A stretch of DNA of 36,959 nt from Kofleriaceae bacterium (GTDB lineage: Bacteria; Myxococcota_A; Polyangia; Haliangiales; Haliangiaceae), in contig JBKJLC010000227.1 in the NCBI GenBank assembly GCA_046597055.1, positions 1 to 36,959 of the forward strand, given 5' to 3'. Both the position numbers and the translations under genes were made by a program. Shown here one piece after another: positions 24,098 through 33,962 of this stretch. The notes beneath the pieces were generated by a model, which saw only the letters and a program-made list of their open reading frames with translations, was not told where the DNA came from and did no database searches. Each line of letters opens with the position of its first letter. The first letter of the stretch is position 1.

Positions 24098-24682
24098 TCA
24101 GCGCGGCCCGGTCGGCTTGGTGCGGCCGACCGCCTTGGCCAGCTCGCCCACGGTCTTGAGCGGCAGCGAATCGACCGACTCGCCCAGCAGGATCGCCTCG
24201 ATGAGATGGGCGCCGACCTGGGTGAGCTGGGTCAGGCCGTTGACCCGCGCGGCCACCGCCTGCACGCGCGCGGCACCTTCGCCGGTGGCTTCGGCCGCGG
24301 CCGAGGCCAGCACCTCGTCGGCGACCACGAACTGATCGGCGGCCGCGCGGATCCAGTTGAGCTCGCGCTCGCGCAGCACCCGCGACACCATCTTCCAGAT
24401 GCTGGTCTCGGCCTCGTAGTGCTCGCGGCGCTCGCCTGGCACCCACGCCTTCTTGACCACGCCCCACTGGCCGAGCTCGCTCAGCAACATCGACATCGCG
24501 CCCGACGACAGGCTGAGCCGCTCGCCGAGGTCGGTCGCCGACATCGGCACGTTCTCGAGATAGAGCAGCGCCCACACCCGGCCCATGTTGCGCTTGAAGC
24601 CCCACGCCTCCATCAGCCCGCCGATCGCATCGGCGACCTTCAGGACCTGCCGCTCGACCGTTGGCTCCAGCTCCCCGGCCAC
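24098..24682 (-). CDS. GbsR/MarR-family transcriptional regulator
   Basis: IGGLMEAWGFKRNMGRVWALLYL, HTH LSLSSGAMSMLLSELGQWGVV, wing PGERREHYEAE. Confidence 0.85.
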   Translation of the reverse strand: MAGELEPTVERQVLKVADAIGGLMEAWGFKRNMGRVWALLYLENVPMSATDLGERLSLSSGAMSMLLSELGQWGVVKKAWVPGERREHYEAETSIWKMVSRVLRERELNWIRAAADQFVVADEVLASAAAEATGEGAARVQAVAARVNGLTQLTQVGAHLIEAILLGESVDSLPLKTVGELAKAVGRTKPTGPR

Positions 24683-24686
24683 GTCC

Positions 24687-26351
24687 CTACGCCTCGTCGT
24701 CGCGCTTGAGGGCGGGCATGTCGCGGGTCGGCACCCGGCTGACCGAGCCGAGGCCGTCGTCGGCCGGCGGGGTCGCCCGCGCCTGGGTCTCTTCCTCGCG
24801 TCGGCGCGAGATGATCTCGACGATCTCCTTCTGCGACAGGCCGCCGGACGGACGGACGGTCACGCCGGCCTCGTTGCCGGTCGACAGCTCGCGCGCGGTC
24901 ACGCTCAGGATCGACTCGACGTCGATGGTCACCGACAGCTCGACCCGGGCGCTACCGGCCGGCCCCGGCGTGAGGTTGTCGAGCACGACCTGTCCGAGCT
25001 TGCGATTCTTGCGCACGTCGGCGTGCTCGCCCTGGTACAGCTCGATCGAGACGAACTTCTGGTTGGGCGTGGTGGTCGCGAACAGCTTGCGCGCGCGCAG
25101 CGGCAGCATCGAGTTGCGCGGGATGAGCACGCTGAACTGCGACTCGCCGACCTTGATGCCAATGTCGTGCGGGGTGACGTCGAGCAAGGTGGCGTCGTCG
25201 CTCTCGCCGGCGAGGATACCGGCGTACGAGGCGGCGCCCAGCGCGACGACCTCGTCGGGGTTGGCGCCCCGCGACGGCTTCTTGCCGAAGATGCGCTCGA
25301 CGGTGGCGGCGGCCAGCGGCCACCGGGTCATGCCGCCGACCAGCAGCACCTCCTCGATGTCCTGGGGCCCGAGGGCGGCGTCGCTGAGCGCGCGCGTGCA
25401 CGGCGGGCCCAGCCGGTCGATCAGCTCCTGGGTCCAGCCCTCGACCTCGTCGCGGGTCAGCTTGCGCTCGAGGTTCACCGGGTTTCCCGCCTGGTCCTGG
25501 GCCAGGAACGGCAGCCGCAGCCAGGTCTCGCGATCGCTCGACAGCGCCTTCTTGGCCGCCTCGCACGCCTCGCGCAGGCGGCCGAGCGCGACCGGGTTCT
25601 GCATGAGATCGACCCGGTACTGGTCGAACACCTCGTCGGCGAGCCGCTCGACCATGCGCCGGTCCCAGTCCTCGCCGCCGAGCGCGCTGTCGCCGCCGGT
25701 CGCCAGCACCTCGAAGATGCCGCTGTCGACCGACATGATCGAGATGTCGAAGGTGCCGCCGCCGAGATCGAACACCGCGATCAGGCGCCGCTTGTCGCTG
25801 ACCCGGTGCGCGCCGTAGGCGAGCGCGGCCGCGGTCGGCTCGTTGAGGATGCGGACCACGTCGAGGCCGGCGATGGTGCCGGCGTCGCGGGTCGCCTGGC
25901 GCTGGTGCTCGTCGAAGTAGGCCGGCACCGTGACCACCGCGCGGGTGACCGCCTCACCCAGCGCCGCCTCGGCGATCGCGCGCATGCGGCGCATGACGTG
26001 TGACGCGATCTCCTGCGGCGACTTGGCGTGACCGGCGATGCGCACCCAGGCGTCGCCGTTGGGGGCGGCGACGATGCGGAACGGCGCGGTGCGCGCGAAC
26101 CAGGTCACGTCGTCGGCGTTGACCTTGCGGCCGATCAGGCGCTTGGCGCCGTAGATCGTGTGGTGCGCGTTGGTGACCGCCTGGCGTCGCGCCGCCAGCC
26201 CGACCAGCACCTCGGTGGCCTGGTTCCAGGCGACCACCGAGGGCGTGGTGCGCTCGCCCTCGGGCGAGGCGAGGACGCGTGGGCCGCGCTCGTCGAGGAC
26301 CGCGACGCACGAGTTGGTGGTTCCCAGGTCGATGCCGATGATGCGCGACAT
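24687..26351 (-). CDS. Hsp70/DnaK paralogue lacking most of the helical lid
   Basis: GIDLGTTNS, RTTPSVV, TVPAYF, INEPTAAA-like LNEPTAAALAY, FDLGGGTFDIS, LVGGMTR, NPDEVVALGA, YQGE; 554 aa, ending soon after helix A. Confidence 0.92.
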   Translation of the reverse strand: MSRIIGIDLGTTNSCVAVLDERGPRVLASPEGERTTPSVVAWNQATEVLVGLAARRQAVTNAHHTIYGAKRLIGRKVNADDVTWFARTAPFRIVAAPNGDAWVRIAGHAKSPQEIASHVMRRMRAIAEAALGEAVTRAVVTVPAYFDEHQRQATRDAGTIAGLDVVRILNEPTAAALAYGAHRVSDKRRLIAVFDLGGGTFDISIMSVDSGIFEVLATGGDSALGGEDWDRRMVERLADEVFDQYRVDLMQNPVALGRLREACEAAKKALSSDRETWLRLPFLAQDQAGNPVNLERKLTRDEVEGWTQELIDRLGPPCTRALSDAALGPQDIEEVLLVGGMTRWPLAAATVERIFGKKPSRGANPDEVVALGAASYAGILAGESDDATLLDVTPHDIGIKVGESQFSVLIPRNSMLPLRARKLFATTTPNQKFVSIELYQGEHADVRKNRKLGQVVLDNLTPGPAGSARVELSVTIDVESILSVTARELSTGNEAGVTVRPSGGLSQKEIVEIISRRREEETQARATPPADDGLGSVSRVPTRDMPALKRDDEA

Positions 26352-26354
26352 CCG

Positions 26355-27665
26355 CTACTCCTTCTTCCCCATGAGCCGGGACAGGAGGCCCTTGCGTTCG
26401 TTGGTCGCCAGCCGCCGCATCTCGGCCAGTTCGCGGGCGGCTCGCTCGTTGGTCGGATCGACCTCGAGCACGCTCTCGAAGCGCTGCGCGGCCTCGAGTC
26501 GATCGCGGCCGAGCAGGGCGCGCAGGCCCTCGGCCAGCTCGACGCCCGCGCGGGCGCTCCGATCGGTGGGGTTGCGGCGGGCGAAGCTCTTGTAGAGCGC
26601 CAGCGCCTCGTCGTACTTGCCGTTGTCGATGTGAGCCTCGGCCTGCCGGATCTCGCCGCGGCCATCGTCGACGACACCGCTGCCCGCGGGGGTGGGGACC
26701 GGCAACGAGCCGCCGATCGCGGGCGTCGACCGGCGCTCGGGCGGGCCGCCGGCCACCGGCAGCGGGTTGCCGGCCGGCGGCGTCCGGCGCTCGGGCACGG
26801 CGACAGCCGGCCGCGGCAACGGCGGCAACGGGAGGGGCGGCAGCGACACCGGCGCCGGGGTCACCGCGCGCGGCGCGGGGGTCCGCTCGGGCGCGGGGGT
26901 CCGCTCGGGCGGGGGCGTCCGCTCGGGCGCGCTCGCCGGCGAGCTGACCGCGCGGCCCTGGGCACTCGGGCGGGCCGGCACCCGCACCGACGGGCGCACG
27001 CCGAGGGCGGCGATCACCTTCGTGCGGGACCGCTCGTCGCCGAGCCGGCTGTACGCGTCGCGGATCAAGATGAAGATCTCGGCGGCCAGCGTGCGCAGGT
27101 CGGTCGACGTGTAGCGGGTGAACCGGTCGGGGTGGTAGCGCTTGGTCAGCTCGGCGAACGCGGCCCGCACGTCCTCGTCGGTGGCTTCGTAGCCCACCCC
27201 GATCACCTGGAACGGGTTGAGCTTGCGCAGCGACGCGAGCTCGGCGGTCAGCGCTGCCAGCAGCGCGTCTTCGGCGGCGACCAGATCCCGGCCTTCGTCA
27301 TCCGCGGCCTCGGCGGGGACCGGCGCCGCGGCCGGGCTGGCGGCGTTCGGCTGGTTCTTCTGCGCGGAGGCGAGCGCGGTCTCGATGAGCCAGAGCGCGC
27401 TCTGCGGGATCGTATTGAGCTTGATGTCGATCCCGGGGCCACGGCCGCCCAGGCCGCCCTCGCGGACGTGATCGACCACGGTCCCGGTCAGGACGATCAT
27501 CGACTCGGTGGGCAGCGTCAGGTCGATGCGCACGCTGGTGCCGAGCGGTGGCGGCGTCATGGACTTGAGGAAGATCGCGTGCCGGGCCAGGTCGCGTCGG
27601 TAGATGTTCGCGAGCTGCTGCCAGGAGGCGCATCGGAGCTTGATGTTGATGGGCGCCTGCGACAC
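26355..27665 (-). CDS. Multidomain co-chaperone: PilZ-like (TIGR02266-type) domain, J-domain, Pro-rich linker, TPR
   Basis: N-terminal YRRDLARHAIFLKSMTPPPLGTSVRIDLTLP; J-domain NPFQVIGV...KRYHPDRF; C-terminal TPR-like helices. GTG 27665 preferred; ATG 27677 is the alternative. Confidence 0.85.
   Translation of the reverse strand: MSQAPINIKLRCASWQQLANIYRRDLARHAIFLKSMTPPPLGTSVRIDLTLPTESMIVLTGTVVDHVREGGLGGRGPGIDIKLNTIPQSALWLIETALASAQKNQPNAASPAAAPVPAEAADDEGRDLVAAEDALLAALTAELASLRKLNPFQVIGVGYEATDEDVRAAFAELTKRYHPDRFTRYTSTDLRTLAAEIFILIRDAYSRLGDERSRTKVIAALGVRPSVRVPARPSAQGRAVSSPASAPERTPPPERTPAPERTPAPRAVTPAPVSLPPLPLPPLPRPAVAVPERRTPPAGNPLPVAGGPPERRSTPAIGGSLPVPTPAGSGVVDDGRGEIRQAEAHIDNGKYDEALALYKSFARRNPTDRSARAGVELAEGLRALLGRDRLEAAQRFESVLEVDPTNERAARELAEMRRLATNERKGLLSRLMGKKE
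26872..26930. repeat. Three 18-bp tandem repeats encoding PERTP(A/P) in the co-chaperone linker
   Basis: ggcgcgggggtccgctcg twice plus ggcgggggcgtccgctcg. Confidence 0.8.
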
Positions 27666-27899
27666 CTGCCCCTTCATTATAGGAAGGGGCCCGCCGGAAG
27701 CGCAACGCCACAGAACCATTTGGAAACCTGGACAGGACTGCGGATCATGTGTCTTCGGGGCCGAGCCTCGGCGCCCGCCGTGTGTGCTCCGATGCCACGA
27801 CCGAGGCTATCGGGCACGTCCCTGTGCGCGTGGTGGACGGAAGATCGCGCAAATCCGCGAGCGGCGAAGCTGGAACAGCGGTTGCTGGGTGTAGGTCCG

Positions 27900-28325
27900 A
27901 TGTCGCCGAACCCGAAACTCGTCATCGTGGAGCATGATCCCGAGCTCCTGGAAGCACTTGCGACGCCGCTGAATGCGCGCGGGTATCAGGTGGTCGGCGC
28001 CCATAGCTGGTCCGACGCGCTCACGGTCCTGCGTCTCCCCGAGCTCCCCGCGGCGCTGGTGGTCGACGTCTCGTCGGCCGGGTTCGACGCCTCGCCGCTG
28101 GCGGCCGCGCTCGTCAAGGACGACCGGCTGCGCGCGCTGCCCCTGGTGGTGCTCGCGAACTGCTGCGAGATCCAGCGGCAGCCGCCGCCGAGCACGGTGG
28201 CCGTCCTGATCGGTCGACCGGTCCGCAGCCGGCTGCTCGTCGACGTGGTCGAGCGGCTGGCCCGGTCGCGTCGGGCCGCCGGTACCGACCTGGCGGCGGC
28301 CCACGAGTATCGGCGGACCGCGTGA
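27900..28325 (+). CDS. Single-domain (atypical) response regulator receiver
   Basis: LVIVEHD, GYQV..A....DAL, PAALVVD, LPLVVL, IGRP (Lys replaced by Arg); GTGA overlap with the kinase. Confidence 0.75.
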   Translation: MSPNPKLVIVEHDPELLEALATPLNARGYQVVGAHSWSDALTVLRLPELPAALVVDVSSAGFDASPLAAALVKDDRLRALPLVVLANCCEIQRQPPPSTVAVLIGRPVRSRLLVDVVERLARSRRAAGTDLAAAHEYRRTA

Positions 28326-29410
28326 GTGCGCCGAGCCAGACGATGCTCGCGCCGACCGAGTTCCAGCTCTTGCTCGACCAGGCCCCGGTCATGCTCTGGC
28401 GGGCTGGCGCCGACCTGCGCTGCGACTTCGTGAGCGCGGCCTGGCTGCGCTTCACCGGCCAGAGCTACGACGACGCTGTGCTCGGTGGCTGGCTGGCCGG
28501 CGTGCACCCCGACGATCGCGAGCGCTGTCGCCAGGCATTCGAGCAGGGACGCGCGTGCCGGACCGGATTCTCGCTGGAGTACCGGCGCCGGCGGCACGAC
28601 GGCGCGTGGCGCTGGGTCGCGGATCACGTGGTCCTGCCCGACGAGCGGGAGAGCAACGCCTCGATGATGGGGGCCGCCCTCGACATCCAGACCTGCCGCG
28701 ACGATCTCGATCACCGCACCGCCCGCCTGGCCGAGCTCGCCCACGAGCTGCGCTCGCCCCTTCAGGGCATGACGATGTGGGTCGATCTCTTGCGCCGCGC
28801 GAGCGGTGATGCCAACCCCAAGTCGTTCGCGACCGCGCAGCGGCTCATCGGGCGGATCGGCGGGCTGGTCGGCGATCTCGCCGACCTCAGCCGGATCGAA
28901 CGGGGCCGCCGGCTCGAGCTGCGGGTCGAGCCGTTCGATCTCGCCGAGCTGCTCGACGACGTGGTCGGGATCTGCCGCGGCGTGCTCGAGGTCCGCGATC
29001 GCGGCCCTGCGGCAGCGCTCTCGCTGCAGGTCGACCTCGACCAGGCCCCGTTCCCGGTGCGCGGCGACCGCCGGCGGCTCGAGCAGGTCGTGCAGAACCT
29101 GATCGAGAACGCGATCAAGTTCTCGCCGAGCGGCGGCGAGATCCAGGTGCGGGTCGGCCGCGAGGGCGGCAGCTACGTGCTCGAGGTCACCGACCACGGC
29201 ATCGGGATCCCGGCGGCCGATCTGCCGCACCTGCGCGAGCGGTTCTTTCGCGCCGGCAACGCAACCACCGCCGACATCCCGGGCACCGGGCTCGGGCTGT
29301 CCATCATCGAGGAGATCGTGACCGCGCACGGCGGCCGCCTCGACATCGTCAGCCAGGTCGACGTCGGTACCTCCGTGATCATCAGCCTGCCCGCCGACGG
29401 CGGGGCCTGA
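28322..29410 (+). CDS. PAS-domain sensor histidine kinase (cytoplasmic)
   Basis: PAS_3 (VHPDDRE, EYR.RRHDG.WRW); H-box AHELRSPL; N-box NLIENAIKFS; G1 DHGIGI; G2 GTGLGL. Confidence 0.93.
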   Translation: MSAPSQTMLAPTEFQLLLDQAPVMLWRAGADLRCDFVSAAWLRFTGQSYDDAVLGGWLAGVHPDDRERCRQAFEQGRACRTGFSLEYRRRRHDGAWRWVADHVVLPDERESNASMMGAALDIQTCRDDLDHRTARLAELAHELRSPLQGMTMWVDLLRRASGDANPKSFATAQRLIGRIGGLVGDLADLSRIERGRRLELRVEPFDLAELLDDVVGICRGVLEVRDRGPAAALSLQVDLDQAPFPVRGDRRRLEQVVQNLIENAIKFSPSGGEIQVRVGREGGSYVLEVTDHGIGIPAADLPHLRERFFRAGNATTADIPGTGLGLSIIEEIVTAHGGRLDIVSQVDVGTSVIISLPADGGA

Positions 29411-29419
29411 TCGCGGGCG

Positions 29420-30481
29420 CTACTTCTCGAGATCGGCCAGCAGCAGACGGTACTGCGTCAGCACCTTGTCGTGCCGGGCCTTGATGCGCTGCAGGTAGCC
29501 GTGGTCGCGGGTGCGCGCCATCGCGGCGGTGGCTTCGGCGCGGACCCGATCGATCACCGCCTTGGAGTCGTCGAACGGCTTGAGTACGAACGCGACCACG
29601 CCCAGATCGGCGGCGCGCGCGGTGAGGTTGGGGTCGGTGAACCCGGTGATCAGGAACGCGGCCAGCCCGGGCCGGTCGCGACGCAGCCGGCGGATGACCT
29701 CGAGGCCGTCGATCCCGGGCAGGCCGATGTCGATGATGACGAGATCGAGCGCCTGGCCTTTGGTCGCCATGCGGTCGGCGTGGGCGACCGCCTCCTCGCC
29801 GGTGACGAACGCGAAGGTGGTGATCTTGGCCTCCTCGAGCGCGTCGCTCAGGAAGTCGGCCATGTCGCGGTCATCCTCGACCACCATGACCACCGGATCG
29901 CGCTCGGCGTCGACGTCGAACGCCACGCCGGCGTCGCGGGCGCTCTTCTCGGCCAGCCGCTTCTCGAGATCGATCGAGCGGCGCTCGGTGCGAACCAGAT
30001 TCTTCAGCATCTGCTCGACCATGTCGCGCAGCTGGGCGACCGCGCGCCGCTGGGCGCCGCCGCGGGCCCGCCGCCGGGCCGCCAGCGCCAGCGCGGCGGC
30101 GGTGACCGCGAACGTCTCGGCGCCGAGGTCGACGAAGTCGGCCGCGCCGGCGCGCAGGCACGCGATCACGAGGCCGACGGCCGGGCGTCCGGCCACCGCG
30201 ACCGGCGCCGCGTCGGGCACCGCCGCCGCGATCTCGGCGACCCGCGCCGCCGCCGAGGCGGGCGTGGTCAGACCCCGGGCCGCGTCCTCGACGTCGATGA
30301 TCACCACCGCGCCTTCGTCGTCGACCAGGGCGCGGGCGGCCTCGGCGGCGTCGGCGACCACGGCGGTCTCCACGCCGGCGGCCACCAGCTTGTCGATCAG
30401 CTCGCGTAGCGCGCTGGCGGCGCCGCCGCTCCAGCCGCGCGACGCCACCACGATGACGGTCTCGGGTACGTCGAGGGACAC
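29420..30481 (-). CDS. Response regulator with a degenerate N-terminal receiver, coiled coil and intact C-terminal receiver
   Basis: C-terminal REC: VVEDD, IIDIGLPGIDG, ITG, LKPF; N-terminal REC-like IIDV...LRAGAADFV. Confidence 0.85.
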   Translation of the reverse strand: MSLDVPETVIVVASRGWSGGAASALRELIDKLVAAGVETAVVADAAEAARALVDDEGAVVIIDVEDAARGLTTPASAAARVAEIAAAVPDAAPVAVAGRPAVGLVIACLRAGAADFVDLGAETFAVTAAALALAARRRARGGAQRRAVAQLRDMVEQMLKNLVRTERRSIDLEKRLAEKSARDAGVAFDVDAERDPVVMVVEDDRDMADFLSDALEEAKITTFAFVTGEEAVAHADRMATKGQALDLVIIDIGLPGIDGLEVIRRLRRDRPGLAAFLITGFTDPNLTARAADLGVVAFVLKPFDDSKAVIDRVRAEATAAMARTRDHGYLQRIKARHDKVLTQYRLLLADLEK

Positions 30482-30550
30482 TCATGGATCCTACATCGAC
30501 TTCCGCCTCGGCACCCGTCGCGACTCGCGGCGTTATAGGATCGCGCGGCG

Positions 30551-31624
30551 ATGACCTCGATCTCGACGGTGTCCGAACCCTTGTTCCTTCGCGCGTGCCG
30601 GCGGGAGCCGGTCGAACGGACGCCGGTCTGGATGATGCGGCAGGCCGGGCGCTACCTGCCGGCGTACCGGGCGGTGCGGGCGCGGGCCTCGTTCCTCGAT
30701 TTATGCCACACGCCGGCCCTGGCCTGCGAGGTCACCCTGCAGCCCATCGACGAGTTCGGCTTCGATGCCGCGATCTTGTTTTCCGACATCTTGATCACGC
30801 TGCCGCCGATGGGGCTCGACATCGCGTTCCCCGACAAGGGGCCGGTGATCGGCAACCCGGTCCGCGATCGCGCCGCGATCGACCGCCTGGTGGTCCCGGA
30901 TCCGGTGGCGAGCATGCCGTTCGTGATGGACGCGATCCGGCAGATCCGCGCCGGGCTGGCCGGCCGGGTGCCGCTGATCGGCTTCGCGGGCGCCCCGTTC
31001 ACGCTGGCGACCTACGCGGTCGAGGGCGGCGGCAGCAAGGAGTACGCGAACCTCAAGGGCCTGCTGTTCGGGGATCCGGCCGCGGCCCACGCGCTGCTCG
31101 AGAAGCTGGCCAACACCGTCGCGGCGTACCTGATCGCCCAGGTCGAGGCGGGCGCGCAGGCGGTGCAGATCTTCGACAGCTGGGCCGGCATCCTGTCGCC
31201 GCACGACTTCGTGGAGTACGCGCTGCGCTGGGCCAAGCACGTGATCGCGATCGTGCGCGCGCATCCGTCGGTGGTGGCGGCGCGGGTGCCGGTCATCTAC
31301 TTCGTCAACGGCTGCGCCCCCTACCTCGACACCTACGCGTCGAGCGGCGCCGACGTGCTCGGGGTCGACTGGCGCATCGACATCGACCGGGTGCGGGTCG
31401 CGGTCGGTGACGGGGTCGCGCTGCAGGGCAACCTCGATCCCGGCGTGCTGTACGCGGCGCCGGCCGAGATCCGGCGCCGGGTCGGCGAGGTCCTGCGCAA
31501 GGCCGGTCCGGTCGGCCACATCTTCAACCTCGGCCATGGCGTGCAGCCGGGCGCCAACCCCGAGCACGTGCGCGCGATGGTGCAGGCGGTTCGCGAGCTG
31601 TCGGCGCGCGAGGCCACCGCGTGA
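30551..31624 (+). CDS. hemE: Uroporphyrinogen decarboxylase
   Basis: [59 protein letters not shown]. Confidence 0.96.
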   Translation: MTSISTVSEPLFLRACRREPVERTPVWMMRQAGRYLPAYRAVRARASFLDLCHTPALACEVTLQPIDEFGFDAAILFSDILITLPPMGLDIAFPDKGPVIGNPVRDRAAIDRLVVPDPVASMPFVMDAIRQIRAGLAGRVPLIGFAGAPFTLATYAVEGGGSKEYANLKGLLFGDPAAAHALLEKLANTVAAYLIAQVEAGAQAVQIFDSWAGILSPHDFVEYALRWAKHVIAIVRAHPSVVAARVPVIYFVNGCAPYLDTYASSGADVLGVDWRIDIDRVRVAVGDGVALQGNLDPGVLYAAPAEIRRRVGEVLRKAGPVGHIFNLGHGVQPGANPEHVRAMVQAVRELSAREATA

Positions 31625-32982
31625 AGCTGGCCGTCGTCGGGGGCGGCATCGGCGGCCTGACCGCCGGGCTGCGCCTGCTGCAGGCGGGGCACGACGTCAC
31701 CGTGCTCGAGGCGAGCGATCGCGTCGGCGGCGTGATCGGCACCACCGTCGACGACGGCTTCCGGCGCGAGCAGGCCGCCAACGGCTTTCTGTCCGGTGCA
31801 CCGGACGGTGCGGCCGCGCTGTGCGAGGAACTCGGGGTCCCGGTGGTGACCGCGGCCGCGGCGGCGCGCCGGCGCTGGGTGTACCTCCACGCCCGGCTCC
31901 ACGCGCTGCCCACCAGCCCGGGCGCGTTCGTGCGCTCGGGCCTGCTGACCTGGCGCGGCAAGCTCGCGCTGCTCGGCGAGCCGCTGCGGCCCGCGCGCGA
32001 CGCCAGCGTCGCCGGCGATCAGTCGCTGTGGGACTTCGCGGTGCGGCGGTTCGGCACCGAGGTCGCCCACGCCCTGGTCGCGCCGATGGTGACTGGCGTG
32101 TTCGCGGCCGATGCCCACGAGGTCAGCCTGGCGGCCGGGTTCCCCAAGCTGGCCGAGCTCGATGCCAAGGGCGGCATGGTGCGCGGCATGATCTGGGAGC
32201 TGCGGTCGCGCCGGAAGGCCGGCCTGCCGCGGCGTTCCAACCACCTGGCGGCGCCGGCCGGCGGCATGGTCGCGCTGATCGATGCGATCGTGACGCGGCT
32301 CGGCGAGCGGGTGCACCGCGGCGTGACCGTGCGCGCGCTGCGCCCGACCAGCGGCGACGCGGCCGCGCCCGGGGTGGTGGTGGCGACCGACGACGGCGCC
32401 ACCCGCTACGACGCCGCGGTGCTGGCGCTGCCGGGACCCGCGGCGGCGCCGCTGGTGCGCGAGGCGTGGCCGGGGCTCGGCCGCGGACTCGACGACGCTC
32501 GGTTCGCGCCGGCCGCGATCGTGTACCTCGCGTACCGGACCCGCGACGTCCGCGCGGATCTCGGCGGCTTCGGCTTCATCGTCGCCGCCGGCGAGAAGGT
32601 CCGCCTGCTCGGCTGCGTCTTCGAGAGCACGGTGTGGCCAGATCGGGCCCCCGCGGGCCAGGTGCTGTTGCGCCTCATCTATGGTGGCGCGCGCGACCCG
32701 GGCGCGATCGGCCTGGATCCGCCCGCCCTGTTCGCCCAGGCGCGCTCGGACCTGGCGCAGATCCTCGGCGTGCGCGCCGAGCCGACCCTGCAGCGCAGCG
32801 TGCGCTGGACCCGCGGCATCGCCCAGTACCCGGTCGGCCACGCCGAGCGGGTCGCGACCTGGGAGGCCGAGGCGCACCGGGGGCGGCTCGTGCTCGCGGG
32901 CAGCTCGTACCACGGCATCGCGGTCAACGACTGCATCGCCGATGCCCGGCGGGTCGTCCGCCAGGTCGCGACGTGGCGGTGA
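31621..32982 (+). CDS. hemY: Protoporphyrinogen/coproporphyrinogen oxidase (HemY family)
   Basis: [24 protein letters not shown]...[27 protein letters not shown] overlap with hemE. Confidence 0.9.
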   Translation: MKLAVVGGGIGGLTAGLRLLQAGHDVTVLEASDRVGGVIGTTVDDGFRREQAANGFLSGAPDGAAALCEELGVPVVTAAAAARRRWVYLHARLHALPTSPGAFVRSGLLTWRGKLALLGEPLRPARDASVAGDQSLWDFAVRRFGTEVAHALVAPMVTGVFAADAHEVSLAAGFPKLAELDAKGGMVRGMIWELRSRRKAGLPRRSNHLAAPAGGMVALIDAIVTRLGERVHRGVTVRALRPTSGDAAAPGVVVATDDGATRYDAAVLALPGPAAAPLVREAWPGLGRGLDDARFAPAAIVYLAYRTRDVRADLGGFGFIVAAGEKVRLLGCVFESTVWPDRAPAGQVLLRLIYGGARDPGAIGLDPPALFAQARSDLAQILGVRAEPTLQRSVRWTRGIAQYPVGHAERVATWEAEAHRGRLVLAGSSYHGIAVNDCIADARRVVRQVATWR

Positions 32983-33845
32983 TCCGTACCGGCGCGGCGC
33001 TGCTCGCGCTGGCCGGTGCCTCGTGTGGGAGCAAGCCGCCGCCGGCCCCCCGCCACGATGCCGGTGATGCCGGTCCCACCGCGGCGACGATCGACGCTGG
33101 CGCGGTCCTGGCGATCCCGGCGGGTCCGACCCCGGCGGGCGCCACCGCGCCGTACCGGCTCGCCGCGATCGGCGCCGACGGCGGGCTGCCTGGGGGCGGC
33201 GGCCTGCGGGTCACGGTGACCTGGCCGACCGCGCCGACCGCGGTGCGCGCGTCGCCGGGCTACACGACCTGCCACACGCCGCGCCCGCCCCGGGTCCGGG
33301 TCGGCACCCTGCACGGCGTCGCCGGCGCGCTGGTCGTCATCGACGACGTCGCCGCCGGGGTCGCGCCGCGCGCGGCCGAGGACGTGCGCGTCATGATCCA
33401 CGACTGCGCGATCACGCCGCCGGTCGTGCTGGCGCCGCGGCTGGGCGTCGCGCTCGAGGTGCAGAGCCAGGACGATCGCGATCAGGCAGTGACGATCGAG
33501 CGGCTCGGCCCGGCCTGGCGCGCCCCCACCGCGGCGACCCCGGCGCGGGTCGCGCGCACGCACCTGCCGATCCGCGGCCACGTCGTGACCGTGCCGCTCG
33601 CCGAGCCTGGCGTCTGGCGGGTGACGGTCGAGGGCCTCGCCGATCCAGCCCACGTGATCGTCGGCCCGCACCCGTACGTCGGCCTCACTGACGACGTCGG
33701 CCAGCTCGCGCTGCCGTCGCTGCTCCCCGGCGCGTACCCCGTGACCGCGTGGCTGCCGGCGACGGCCGAGCATCCGGCGGCGCGCGCCACCGGCACCGCG
33801 ACCATCACCGCCGGCGCGACGACCGAGCTCACGCTCACGTTCTGA
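32979..33845 (+). CDS. Hypothetical lipoprotein with beta-sandwich domains (cupredoxin-like and carboxypeptidase-regulatory-like)
   Basis: Signal ending AGASC; C...P motif; HPYVGLTDDVG...LLPGAY.VTAW C-terminal pattern; GTGA overlap with hemY. Confidence 0.65.
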   Translation: MIRTGAALLALAGASCGSKPPPAPRHDAGDAGPTAATIDAGAVLAIPAGPTPAGATAPYRLAAIGADGGLPGGGGLRVTVTWPTAPTAVRASPGYTTCHTPRPPRVRVGTLHGVAGALVVIDDVAAGVAPRAAEDVRVMIHDCAITPPVVLAPRLGVALEVQSQDDRDQAVTIERLGPAWRAPTAATPARVARTHLPIRGHVVTVPLAEPGVWRVTVEGLADPAHVIVGPHPYVGLTDDVGQLALPSLLPGAYPVTAWLPATAEHPAARATGTATITAGATTELTLTF

Positions 33846-33962
33846 TCGGACGCGAGCGAGCCGTGACGCGGACGGCTGGAACCGCTTGACGCCACCCGCT
33901 GGCTGATAGATCGATACGGTGGGGCGCTGAGTCTCTCCTCCCGGAGGGATGAAAGGACTGAG

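Noticed and set aside
26028..27899. N-terminal 624 aa of the 765-aa plus-strand ORF
   Set aside because: Overlaps the minus-strand DnaK and J-protein genes; only the receiver domain from ATG 27900 looks real.
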